DNA of 64,000 nucleotides from Chiloscyllium plagiosum (Eukaryota): NCBI RefSeq assembly GCF_004010195.1, contig NC_057719.1, positions 85,624,336 to 85,688,335 of the forward strand, read 5' to 3'. Shown piece by piece: positions 25,501 to 38,034 of this stretch (position 1 is its first letter; each line of letters starts with the position of its first letter). The notes under the pieces were generated by a model. It saw only the letters and a program-made list of their open reading frames with translations, ran no database searches and was not told where the DNA came from. The position numbers and the translations under genes were made by a program.

Positions 25501-26544
25501 TCCCTATCCAAATATATTAGGGCCGAAATGCTCCAATACAGATAAAGGAGTCAACAAATCCATTGAACCCCGAACATTGGTAAAAAGGGAGGCTTATGGC
25601 AACTACCAAGGATTCAAAACAATAGAAGCCACAGAAGAGAAAATAATGTGCAAGGGGAAATTTAAAAAGGAAATCCGGAGAGCAAAAATGGAAGTGTGAA
25701 AGAATATAGGAAAAATATAGGAAAATCCTAAATTATTTCACACATATGTTATTGACCAGGGGGCTATAGATTTAACAGAAGGGGAAGGAAGTTTAGACTA
25801 GATGTGAGGAAAAGTCTTTTCTCATCCAGAGGGTGGTGGGAATCTGGAACACAATGCTTTCACAGGATGGTCGAATCAAAAACCTTCACAACATAAAAAA
25901 AGTATTTAAATGTACATTTGCAATGCCAAGTGCTGGAAAATGGGATTAGAATAGTTAGATGGTTCTAAATGGTCAGCATACACTTGATGGGCCAAAAGGC
26001 CTGTTTACTGTGCTAGAGATCTGTATGATTTTGTACTGAATGGCGTGAGGATTGCTGTTGCTCCTCGTACACCTGAATGAATCGCAATAGCGAAAAATAG
26101 GGATTGCCTGTTCCAGTCTAAGTACCTTGTTATGGACCAGGCTGATCCCCCTCAAAACACGTCAAGAAGATAGCCGAGACCCTAACTTTCCTAGTTGTTA
26201 TAAGCAGGTGTGAAGTGGATATTCCAGGAGTGATGCCCAACCACTCTGATTTAAACAAAACTGAATTTAGTTTACAGATGAACAAAACCAAATTTAAAAT
26301 AATATAACTATTTGAAAACCAATCTCCCTCACAACTTAATGATGTTGTTCCAAATACTTGCACCAATCCCCATGAGCCCTCTTTAGCACAAACAGGTTCT
26401 GACAGGAGAAATCTCACAGAGAGAGAGGGTCGACATGGAGCTGTTTCTTTGACCAGCAGCCTCAAAAACTGACTGCTTGCTAAAACCAAACCAAACCAAA
26501 CCAGAGAAAAGCTGAGCTGGGAGAGCTGGCCATTTTCCTTTCAT

Positions 26545-27580
26545 TGTGTGGAGGAACCGGTGTTGGATTGGGGTGGACAAAGTTAAAGATCACACAACAC
26601 CAGGTTATAGTCCAACAGGTTTATTTGGAAGTAGTAGCTTCCAGAGCACTGCTCCTTCATCCGGTAGCTGTGGAGCAGGATTGTAAGATGCAGAATTTAT
26701 AGCACAAGATCATAGTGCCATGCATGCATGATATGATATGATAAACCTAGATTGCTGTTTAGTCTTTCATCTTTTAGAATGGGTTGCAGGTTTCAGTTCA
26801 TTAATCTGTAAATCCCAGAACTTCTTTCAAATCACATTCTCAAGATAATTTAAAGATTTATTTAAAAAAGTGATATCTCAGCTCAGACAATGCATGTGAG
26901 GTTGGAGTCTGTCTATATCCCAATCTTGAGGCAGACTCGTTCTATTTCCAGAGTAGGGATTTATAAAATGTGACATGGATTGACTGCCTTCAGTTTGTGT
27001 GTTTTTTGAACAAAATAGAATGTATCTGCAATTATAATTCTGCAAATGCATGTTCACCCATAGACTTATATGTGTGTGTGCATTCTTGTGTTGGGGTGGG
27101 GGGAGGAGAGAGAGAGAGAGAGAGAGAGAGTATGTGTGTGTGTGGCGTGGGAAATGGAGTAGATTTGCATGTGTGCACCTCCCGGGGGTGTATGTGTGGG
27201 TGTCTGAGAGAGAGCGTAGTATATGAGAGAGGGTCTGCGTGAGTGTGTGAGCATATAAGAGTGTGTATGTGTGTGAGTGCATGTGTGAGAGTGTGTAGTG
27301 TAGTGGGTCACCTTTAATGTAACATGAACCCAGGGTCCCAGTTGAGGCTATGCTCATGGGTACCAAACTTGGCTATCAGCGTCTGCTCAACCATTTAACA
27401 TCAATCTAGGTTCACAGAATCTATCGTATCAGTTGCATGCATGACACTATGATCTTGTGCTATACATTCTGTATCTTATGATCCTGCTCCACAATTACCT
27501 GATGAATAAGCAGCGTTCCAAAACCTAGTACTTCCAGATAAACCTGTTGGACTATAACTTGGTGTTGTGCGATTTTTAAT
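26545..27580 (-). mobile_element. Penelope-like element nested in the LTR (mirrored at about 40630-42480)
   Basis: Same terminal sequence as 1800-1945, present at both ends in inverted orientation. Confidence 0.75.
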
Positions 27581-30044
27581 CCTTTTCATTTTACAAGTTT
27601 TTTTTACTTGAAAGCGTTTTGGCTGAGACCGTATCTGTTAGCTTTAATCAAATTGTCCCTACACCCCAAGAAAACCAGACACATCAGGATCTATGCATTT
27701 ACAACTCCTCTGAAAAAAAAATGAGGACAGCTTAACCTTACTAAAGGATCAGCATCGTCACACGCTCCCCCTTTTAAACAAAATGAACCATCAATATCCA
27801 AAGATGGCTTCATTTCCCACAATCCAAAGATGTGCAGGTTAGGTGAATTGCCCATGCTAAATTGACCACAGTAGTCAGGGATATCTAGTTTAAGGGCATT
27901 AGTCAGGGGTAACTGTAGAGTAATAGGGTTGGGGAATGGGTCTGGGAGGGTTACTCTTCAGAGGGTCAGTGTGGATTTTTTGGGCCATTGGCCTGTTTCC
28001 ACACTTTAGGGATTCCATGAATCTACACTGTCAGTACACTGCAAAACCCCATATACATTACATTGACCATAAATATGTAAACATGTATGACTACATTCTA
28101 TTTCAGTCCGTTTAGTCCTACCACCAAACGACTCCGTTTCTCATCTAAGTCTCGACAACACATCGGCAGTCACATTTTCCCATCCTGCCACATGCACAAT
28201 TTTCACAATGAATGGCTATAACAACAAGCTCCATCTAAACAGGCTAGAATTTTGTCATTAAATTTCTCCACAAGCTTCAATGGGTTATGGTCAGTGCATA
28301 TGATTGCCGCAGATACATTACTGGTAACATAAACATTGAAATCTTGTAACGCCAACACCAAGCTTAAAGTCTCCTGTCAAATATTTCTGTTGATGAATGT
28401 TCAAATCCCTGGAGAAATATCTGATAGGTCTTTCTATCTTTTCATCATCTTCCTGTTCGAGCACAGCACCGACACCAGCATCACTTGCATCTATAGCCAC
28501 TTTGAATGCCTTCCCGTAATTAGATGTGGCTAATACTGGGGCAGTGGTTAACACGGCTTTCAGTCTATCAAATGCCTTCTGACAGTCCACGATCCACTGA
28601 AACCTTTCTTTAGCAATTCAAGAGTGGAGCAGCCACACTGCTAAAATTTGGTGTGGATTTCCAATAAAATCCATTCAATCCCAGGAATCTTTTCAATGAT
28701 GGAATTGGAAACTCCCCAGTTACCTTTGTTTTTGCAATCCATGAGGCCATTTGTCCATGACCAATAACATGGCCCAGGAAGGTGACTTGGACTTTGGCAA
28801 ATTCACTTTTAGCCAGGTTTAACAACAAGCCTGCCTCCCAAAGTTGATCGAACAATTCTGATAAGTGTTGCAAGTGTTCCTTCCATGTGTGAGTAAAAAT
28901 CACCAGGTTATCTTTGTTTACAACAAAATTGGGTAAGCTGGAACTGACCTTCTTGGTTAGTCTTTGAAATGTAGTTGACGTGTTTTCCATTTCAAATAGC
29001 ATGGCTTTAAACTGATACAGTCTATTTGGCATTATGAAAGCTGAAATTGTCTTCACTCTTTCGGACAAAGGTACCTGCTGGTATTCTCTGAGCAAGTCCA
29101 ATTTAGAAATATAAATTGCTTTCCCACCTTTTCAACACAGTCTTCCAACCATGGAATTGGATATGTACCAGTCTTTGTAACTGCATCGATTTTGTGATAG
29201 CCCACACATAACCATTGGCTACCATGTGGTTTTGGTTTAGTATGTGTGAGCTCCAGTCACTGTAACTCACTTTGTTTATGTCATTTTGGAGCATGTGTTC
29301 AATCTCCTTATGAACCTGGGCCAACTTTAGGGGATATACCAATAAGAATGTTGCTTAATCTGAACAGCATCTCCTATATCTGCATCATACTTAATCAGGT
29401 TAGTACTTCCCAGCTTATTTCCACATATCTCCCCATGTAATGGCAATAACTTTTTCAGTCATTTTGATTTTCCTCTGGAAGGTAGCTCAATAATGTATCC
29501 CAATTTTTGACAACTTCCTCATTGTCCAATTTAATTTGAGGAATGTCCAATTCAGAATCCTCTGAATTTTGTTCTTCACTCTGTGCTGTAACTAGTAACA
29601 CAATTTCCTTTTTGCTTTATTTCCATGTCAAAATGTTGTTTGAGCATATACACATGACACACTCAATGAGCTTTCTTTCGGTCTGGAGTTTTTATTAAAT
29701 AGTTGACCTAACCCATCCTCGTTTCAACTTGATAAGGTGCACTAAACCTTGCTCTTAAAGGTTCATCTATCACTTGAAGTAACACAAACTCCTTATCTCT
29801 GACACCAAAATTGCAAGTTTTTGATTTTTTTTTGTCTGCTTCCCGTTTTATGGAATGCCTGATGTTTTAAATGCTGTCTTGCTAATTCCCTCATCCTATT
29901 TAATGATTCCCTCAAATTTGACACAAAGTCCAAATATATGGTCTCTGAATTATGACTTACCAATTTCTCCTCAATCAGTTTTAGTGGTCCACTCACTTCA
30001 TGCCCAAAAACTAATTCAACTGGACTGAATTGAGTAGATTCAGT

Positions 30045-30332
30045 GGGCGGAATGGTAGCACAGTGGTTAGCAGTGATGCCTCACAGCACTAGAGACCTGC
30101 GCTCAATTCCCAACTCAGGCTGTGTGGAGTTTGTACATTCTCCCCATGTCTGTGTGGGTTTCCTCTGGGTGCTCTGGCTTCCTCCCACAGTCCAAAGATG
30201 TGCAGGTGAGGTGAATTGGCCATGGTAAATTGCCTGTAGTGTTAGGTGTAGGGGATGAGGTGGGTTGCGAGTCGGTGTGGACTTGTTGGGCCGAAGGGCC
30301 TGTTTCCACACTGTCAGTAATCTAATCTAATC
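30045..30332 (+). mobile_element. HE1-like SINE with (TCTAA)n tail and 10-bp TSD, left arm only
   Basis: TSD tagattcagt at 30035-30044 and 30333-30342. Empty site at about 37401-37430. Confidence 0.85.
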
Positions 30333-31254
30333 TAGATTCAGTTGGTGGCAAAAAGTACAAACGGAATTCCTTTATCCCTATCATCTGGATAATCTTGACT
30401 CTAAGCCCTCAACATGATCTTTAATATCTGATACCACCTTTCTAACACTCCCTGTGACACTGGATGGTGTACAGTAGATTTGAATTGTTTTATTCCAAAA
30501 CTATCCATAACTGCCTTGAATAATTTTGATGTGAAGTTTGATCCTTGATCTGATTGTACCCCTATGGCTAGCCTGTAATGAGTGAAAAATTTGAATAACT
30601 CCTCTACAGTTCTTTCAGCTTTGAGATTGTATGATGGCCTCTGGAAATCAAGTGGACACATCCATTATTGCTAACAAATACTGATTCCCACTTTTTGTTT
30701 TAGGTAGGGTTCCCACACAATAAATTAAGACTCTTGTAAAAGCTTGGTAAAATGCAGGAATAGGGTTTCAAAGATGTAGATTTTATTACTGCCTGTGGTT
30801 TTCCAATTACCTGACATGTATGACATGCCTAGCACAATGTGCAATCCAGGCCAATAAAAATGTTTTTGCATTTTAGCTTGAGTTCTTCTTACCCCTAAAT
30901 GATCTCCTACAGGTAGTTCATCTGCTACCCACAACACCTCCTTCATATAACCCACTGGCAATACAACTTGATGAAAGTCTGCCCATTTCTCATCTGCCTG
31001 AATATCTGATGGTCTCCATTTCCTCATTAAGAATTCATTTTTAAGATGGTAGTACACCAAGATACATCAAGATTCTTCTTCCGTGTATACCTTTTGATAC
31101 AATTGGTTTAGTTTCTCATCTTTCTGCTGTAACTCAATTGATTTCTCTTAACTAAAAATGTCTGTTTTGTCATCTTTCTGCTCCTGGTTTGTCTGCACCA
31201 TCTGATCAAGCTGGGTCTCTGCTAATTCCTCTTTAGCATTCTTGTCTATTCTCT

Positions 31255-32755
31255 TTGATCTTTCCTGTTTCAGTGCAAGGGGCCTAACAGGGAAGGCAGA
31301 TGAACTTAGGGCATGGTTAGGAACATGGGACTGGGGTATCATAGCAATTACAGAAACATGGCTCAGGGATGGGCAGGACTGGCAGCTTAATGTTCCACAA
31401 AACAAATGCGACAGGAAGGATAGAAAGGGAGGAAAGAGAGCAGGAAGAGTGGCATTTTTGATAAGGGATAGCATTAAAGATGTTCTGAGGGAGGATATTC
31501 CTGAACATACATCCTGGAAAGTTATTTGGGTGGAACTGAGAAATAAGAAAAGGGATGATCACCTTATTGGGATTGTATTATAGACCCCCAAATAGTCAGA
31601 GGGAAATTGAGAAACAAACTTGTAAGGAGATCTCAGCTATCTGTAAGAATAATGATACAAATATTTGGGAGATTTTAACTTTCCAAACATCGACTGGGAC
31701 TGCCATAGTGTTAAAGGTTTAGATGGAGAGGAATTTCTTACGTGTGCACAAGACAATTTTCTGATTCAGTATGTGAATGTAGCTACTAACGAAGGTGCAA
31801 AACTTGACCTACTCTTGGGAAATAAGACAGAGCAGGTGACTGAGGTGTAAATGGGGGAGCACTTTGGGGCCAGCGACCATAATTCTATTAGATTTTAAAT
31901 AGTCATGGAAAAGGATAGACCAGATCTAAGAGTTGAAGTTCTAAATTGAAGAAAGGCCAATTTTGACAGTATTAAGCAAGAACTTTCAAAAGCTGATTGG
32001 GGGCAGATATTCGCAGGTAAAGGGACGAAAATGGGAAGTCTTCAGAAATGAGATTTTAAAAATTCAGAGAAAGAATATTCCTGTCAGGGTGAAAGGGAAG
32101 GCTGGTAGGTATAGGGAATGCTGGATGACTAAAGAAATTGAGGGTTTGGTTAAGAAAAAGAAGGAAGCATATGTCAGTATAGACAGGATAGATTGAGTGA
32201 ATCCTTAGAAGAGTATAAAGAAAGTAGGAGTATACTTAAGAGGGAAATCAGGAGGGCAAAAAGGGGACATGAGATAGCTTTGGAAAATAGAATTAAGGAG
32301 AATCCAAAGGTTTTTACAAATACATTAAGGCCAAAAGGGTAACTGGGGAGAGAATAGGGCCCCTCAAATATCAGCAAGGCGGCCTTTGTGTGGAGCCGCA
32401 GAAAATTTGGGAGATACTAAATAAGCATTTTGCATCAGTATTTACTGGGGAAAAGGATATGGAAGATATAGATTGTAGGGAAATAGATGGTGACATCTTG
32501 CAAAATGTCCAGATTACACAGGAGGAAGTGCTGGATGTCTTGAAAGGGGTAAAGATGGATAAATCCCCAGGACCTGATCGGGTGTACGTGAGAACTCTGT
32601 GGGAAGCTAGAGAAGAGATTGCTGGGACTCTGAGATATTTGTATCATCGATAGTCACAGATGAGGTGCCGGACGACTGGAGGTTGGCTAACATGGTGCCA
32701 CTGTTTAAGAAGGGTGGTAAGGACAAGCCAGGGAACTATAGACCAGTGAGCCTGA
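31255..32755 (+). mobile_element. CR1-type LINE ORF2 5' part (APE endonuclease to start of RT), disrupted, running into gap
   Basis: IIAITETWL, GDFNFPNIDW, LDLLL, KSPGPD, WRLANMVPLFKKG..NYRPVSL. Confidence 0.92.
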
Positions 32756-33255
32756 NNNNNNNNNNNNNNNNNNNNNNNNNNNNNNNNNNNNNNNNNNNNN
32801 NNNNNNNNNNNNNNNNNNNNNNNNNNNNNNNNNNNNNNNNNNNNNNNNNNNNNNNNNNNNNNNNNNNNNNNNNNNNNNNNNNNNNNNNNNNNNNNNNNNN
32901 NNNNNNNNNNNNNNNNNNNNNNNNNNNNNNNNNNNNNNNNNNNNNNNNNNNNNNNNNNNNNNNNNNNNNNNNNNNNNNNNNNNNNNNNNNNNNNNNNNNN
33001 NNNNNNNNNNNNNNNNNNNNNNNNNNNNNNNNNNNNNNNNNNNNNNNNNNNNNNNNNNNNNNNNNNNNNNNNNNNNNNNNNNNNNNNNNNNNNNNNNNNN
33101 NNNNNNNNNNNNNNNNNNNNNNNNNNNNNNNNNNNNNNNNNNNNNNNNNNNNNNNNNNNNNNNNNNNNNNNNNNNNNNNNNNNNNNNNNNNNNNNNNNNN
33201 NNNNNNNNNNNNNNNNNNNNNNNNNNNNNNNNNNNNNNNNNNNNNNNNNNNNNNN

Positions 33256-34604
33256 TGACTGATCTTATCCGTCTCTCCAGTCACCCAGGCTATGGCATTC
33301 TGCTTGAAACTCTGGGCTGCATTCATGTTCCGTAAAAGACCCCTGTAGGTCGGATCAAATTCTCCCCTCGGGAATTCACCTCCCGGGAGGATGTACGGCT
33401 CAATGTAAAAGTTCTCGAGATTGATCTTCAAAGTGAATTCACCAAACTGTATGAATCGGTTTTCATTCCTCATTCTGGTCATAACATTCCAGTAGGCTCT
33501 GTGTATTATTTTCTTCAGTGCCTCCGTAGGTTTTGGAACACTGTTTTCGAAAATCTTGCCCCATATTTCAATCATATTGTTTTTGTCCAGGCGAGGAATC
33601 CCTAGCCTTTCCCATGCCCTCCTCACTTCCACCTTATTCCATTCTGATTCGAGAAGCTCGAATCTCAGGTCTTGACTTTCCTCGATCAGTTTTTTTACAT
33701 TGGCCAGATACTGTGGAAAGTTCCGGAATACTCTCACTTCAACAGTTTCTTCATTCTGACCAGACCCTCTTGTCTTTGCAACTTGCTCCAACTCCACATC
33801 CTTGGCCATTTCAAATATTTCAATGCTTTTCTCCTGAATGATCTCATCCAATTTTGTGTCCGGGATCAGGTATCGTTCCCCATCATGGGACCAAATTAAA
33901 TATTCTGGGTAGTCTACCAGAGGGTGGATCTCTTCGTCTGGGTCGAGTGTGTGTGCCCAGTACAGATCCTCATCACCAAGGTCTTCAAGCTGGTTATCTT
34001 CACCCAGCCTCACCCGCCGTCGGTGACTGGCTTCATGCCGGAGCCAGTCTTCACCGGAATCTGATGTGACTTTGGTGCCATCTGGGAGGACGCTGACCTT
34101 GGTGGTCCGGGCTGACAGGGAGCCCACCTCCAGTCCATGGTTCCGTAAGTCAATCAGAAGATCGCGGACGAAGAGCTCGCCTTCAGAGCCCGCTCCAACA
34201 TTGCAGGCCACCAGGCTGAGAGACTGCACCGATTTGCTGGGGAAGGAGAGTGGTGATTCAGCACCACGGAGAGCGAGGATTGCCTCAGAGAGCTGATGGG
34301 CGGTCAGCTCTCCCAAGGTGACCTCTTGGCTTGAGCCGTGGCCAATGACCACCAGCTTTGAGCGGCTGGTCACCTCAGGGACACTTCCCTGGGATGTCGA
34401 TTTCAGATAAGTGAAGCCTTGTCCGTTCCACTCTAGCAGGGTCCTGTATTCCCCGGCCTGGATTTTCAGTTTGTTGTAGATCCAATCGGCTGCATCTTGC
34501 ACAATCTGATCAGATTCCATCCTGAGGATCACTGTGTGATCCTTACCGTCTGGGAAGGAGCCATCGATCTCTTCTCCAACTTCCTGGAAATTGTTGTTGT
34601 TTAC
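33256..34604 (-). CDS. Large exon encoding a peptidase C80 (MARTX/TcdA-B-type cysteine protease) domain plus an unidentified downstream region; 3' end lost in assembly gap
   Basis: About 450 uninterrupted codons in otherwise decayed repeat DNA. Motifs DHTVILRMESDQIVQDAADWIYNK, KLVVIGHG (His codon 34340-34338), LSLVACNVG (Cys codon 34205-34203) and SARTTKVSVLPDGTKVT..DW follow the C80 motif order. A pyrimidine-rich acceptor ...ccccaactccag ends at 34605 (phase 0). Confidence 0.88.
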
Positions 34605-35510
34605 CTGGAGTTGGGGATATGGGGATACAAACAAATAGGGAGAGTCTATGGAATAATCTAGAGTGCAAATGACCTAACAGTGTATTGAATGGAGTAGCTA
34701 ACTTCCAGTCTGTGTTTTACCTCAGCTGGCACTGGCATCATGTCATCCATCCAATTCCTTCCCCCTTACTATCCCCCGCCCCCCCCCTCACACACACACA
34801 CACACACAGACCTAATCCAATGAATGTTTGAGGGGAGCAGCATGTGGGAGGATCTCCTGCTCTTTGGTGTATGCCTGGCTCTGGGGAATGGCTGTTTAGG
34901 AAACTGTGGAGGGTCTCTCTTAGTCTGTATCTGTCTGTGTCTTTGTTGTGTTTGTGTCCCAAAGCCTCCTGATGGAAAGAATTTTTCAAATCGTTTTATA
35001 GCATTTCTGATTTTATATCAGCAAAGTAGATTCACTCCACTGACAACTTCCATTTTATCTCTACATCAAGGATGTGTCTGCTGTTGAATAAAGTGACCAT
35101 TGTGTTGTCAAAGCTTTCAGTTCTTCAGAACTGATTCATTAAAAGGTCAAATAAAGCAGGTAATAATGATTTCCAAATCAAGTGAGCTATGTTTACACAC
35201 TTCAAGAATGACCATGTATGTTTCTGTGTTTAAATTAAGGTCTTAATATATCCTTCCTCTCTGAACATGAGAGCAGGTTGAATGATAGAATATCAGTGTT
35301 GTGCTAATGACCTGGATAATATTTTCCGTATTGACCTCATATCTGTCTATATACCTTGAACCTGAATAATCTGACCACATTATTAATTGTCCAGAAGAAC
35401 AGTGACAGATTTCCTCCTTTTCCAAACCTCGCATGCTTCTTAAAATTCATGTGGAAAGTAATGATAGATAAATTAATGTATTCATGGCATTTGATTCCAG
35501 ATCTTTGTAC

Positions 35511-35568
35511 CTTTGATACCCCGGTCACACCTGCATCATTCCAATGGTTCAGTAATTGGCGCGCTTTG
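35511..35568 (-). CDS. Putative internal exon (58 nt, phase 2 to 0) of the C80 gene
   Basis: ttttattgttttccag| (N)KARQLLNHWNDAGVTGVSK |gtacaa, open in exactly the phase required. An alternative donor after 35531 plus a 50-nt exon 35361-35312 (SRYIDRYEVNTENIIQ) also keeps the frame. Confidence 0.5.
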
Positions 35569-38034
35569 CTGGAAAACAATAAAAGGCAAAGTAAATGTTT
35601 TCTGAAATGTAATTTGTTTCAAGGACATAAATATGCATATATCTGATCTCTGCGCAATTGGTTTTGTTTGTGTGTTCCATGTAAGTCTGTTGCTTTTATG
35701 CTGTGTGAGGATCTGTATATGCCTATGTGTGTGTGTGTGTGTGTCGGTTTGTGTGCATGTGTTTTGGTGGGTGTGGGTATGCATGTGTGTGTATGTATCT
35801 GATTCTGTGTATTTGTGTTTGTGTGTACATGAGGGGTGTTGGGTATGCGTGTATGTCTTTCTCTATATATATTGCCTGTGTAACTTTCCAGGAATGTCTC
35901 TGGAAAGAATGTCTCTGAAGCTGGTTAAGTTTGTGCACTTGATTGTACCTGTATCTGGTGCCTGATGTGTGTGCTAGATCTGTTTACTTGTAATATTTCT
36001 GTCCATGTTTGTTTGTGTGTGGCTTTCTGTGTGACTGCCAATACAAATTGCATAAGATATTGCTCTGAAGACTGTTATCTTAGACTTTGCCCATAGATTT
36101 TCTATAGGGGTTTTGTACTAGAATTCATTGCAGTTAAGGAGATGTCAGCACAGTACTGTGTGCTCTCAAGAGTGTCAGGGATCTATTTGACCAGAACAAT
36201 AAACTATGCCCCTGCTTAAACAATCATATTGAAAAATCCTTAAGAATACAAAACGCCTGAAACATAGATTATCTGAGTAACTTTGGATCACCAACATTAT
36301 CAGAATGATGAATTTATCATCAAATTATTTTGTACCAGGCCAGATCCCTTCAAAACACATCAAGTAAGTAGCCTGGACCCTAATTTTGCGAGTTGTTTTA
36401 AGCAGGTGGATGGTGGATATTCTAGGAATGATGTAGCTGGCTCAATTACTTAGTTTCAAATAACACGGAATTTATTTGTAAGATTACAGAATGAAGCACA
36501 AACAAAAGAGAACAGAATACATTATAAAGTTAGAATACATTGACACACACACAAGTGCACATGCAAACGCACAGAGACACATGCACACATAGACACACAT
36601 GCAAGTGTTTTGAGGGGGTCTGGCCTGGTCCATAACAGATTTCGGGCTCTTTGCAGACTCAAACTGCCTCATTTCTAATTAAATTTTAGCTGTCCCCAAA
36701 GATCCTGATGGCATTTCCAGCAAATCTCAATGCTGAGCTATGGCAGTAATTATCTCTCCTTTCCTCGCAGAAGGAGGCAGCTCCAACTCCAGCTTGACTG
36801 CCAATTCCAGCTGCTTGGCCTTATTCACCTTTTGTAAAACCCCCCAAAGTCACTTCTTCCACACCCAGAAAACCCTTTGTGACTTAGTGACTATCCAAAG
36901 CAGTGTTTAAGCTAACCAGAATCAACACCCAGAATAAAAGACACTAACAACTGTCACGCGCAGCCTTTGAGTCCAATAACCCTAATCCCAACCTGGAAAT
37001 ATAGAAAAAATTCTACAAAGAGCCCGAAATTGATTGCGTAGGAACCCTACCTAAAACAAAAAGTGGGAATCAGTATTTGTTAGCAATAATAGATGTGTCC
37101 ACTTGATTTCCAGAGGCCATTATACAATCTCACAGCTAAAAGAATTATAGAGGAGTTACTCAAATTTTTCAGTCGTTACAGACTACCCATAGAGATACAA
37201 TCAAATCAAGGGTCAAACTTCACATCAAAATTATTCAAGGAAGTTATGGACAGCTTAGGAATAAAACAATTCAAATCTACTGTACACCATCCAGAGTCAC
37301 AACGAGCATTAGAAAGGTGGCATCAGACATTAAAGATCATGTTGAAGGCTTATAGTCAAGATTATCCAGATGTTTGGGATAAAGGAATTCCATTTGTATA
37401 TTTTGCCACCAAGTGAATCTACTCAATTCAGTCCAGTTGAATTAGGTTTTGGGCATGGAGTGAGAGGACCACTAAAATTGATTAAGGAGAAATTGGTAAG
37501 TCATAATTCAGAGACGATATATTTGGACTTTGTGTCAAATTTTAGGAAATCATTAAATAGGATGAGGGAATTGGCAAGACACATTTAAAAGTATCACAGT
37601 ATTCAATAAAACGGGAAGCAGACAAAAAAATCAAAAACTTGCAATTTTGTTATCAGAGATAAGGAGTCTGTGTTACTTCAAGTGATAGATGAACCTTTAA
37701 GAGCAAGGTTTAGTGCATCTTATCAATTTGAAACGAGGATGGATTAGGTCAACTATTTAAAAAAGATTTCAGACAGAAAAAAATCTCATTGAGTGTGTCA
37801 TGTGTATATGCTCAAACAACATTTTGACAGGGAAGGAAAGCAAAAAGGAAATTGTGTTACCAGTTACAGCACAGAGTGAAGAACCAAATTCAGAGGATTC
37901 TGAATTGGACATTCCTCAAATTAAATTGGACAATGAGGAAGTTGACAAAAATTGGGATACATTATTGAGTTTACTTCCAAAGGAAAATCGAAATGACTTG
38001 AAAGAGTTATTACTATCACATGGGGAACTATGTG

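Larger units (their letters stand above)
160..30735 (+). repeat. Left arm of large inverted segmental duplication
   Basis: Colinear reverse-complement matches: 2631-2870 vs 53735-53980; 4700-6975 vs 51067-53345; 16575-18310 vs 48185-51065; 20232-24360 vs 43420-47323; 25700-30735 vs 37010-43350. Confidence 0.93.
26128..31250 (-). mobile_element. Degenerate Gypsy-family LTR retrotransposon with INT-RT-RNaseH order (Gmr1-like); 3' LTR 27762-26128 interrupted by a Penelope-like element
   Basis: Integrase (HFYWPG; QSDQGSNFTS; LERWYQ) at 31060-30400, RT at 29200-28610, RNase H (AIDASDAGVGAVL) at 28590-28150. Polypurine tract 27775-27763, LTR TG..CA. Confidence 0.88.

Noticed and set aside
33256..34634. 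C80 ORF as bacterial contamination or an intronless gene starting at TTG
   Set aside because: It is contiguous with host microsatellites and retroelements, and the first ten codons look like a splice acceptor rather than a start.
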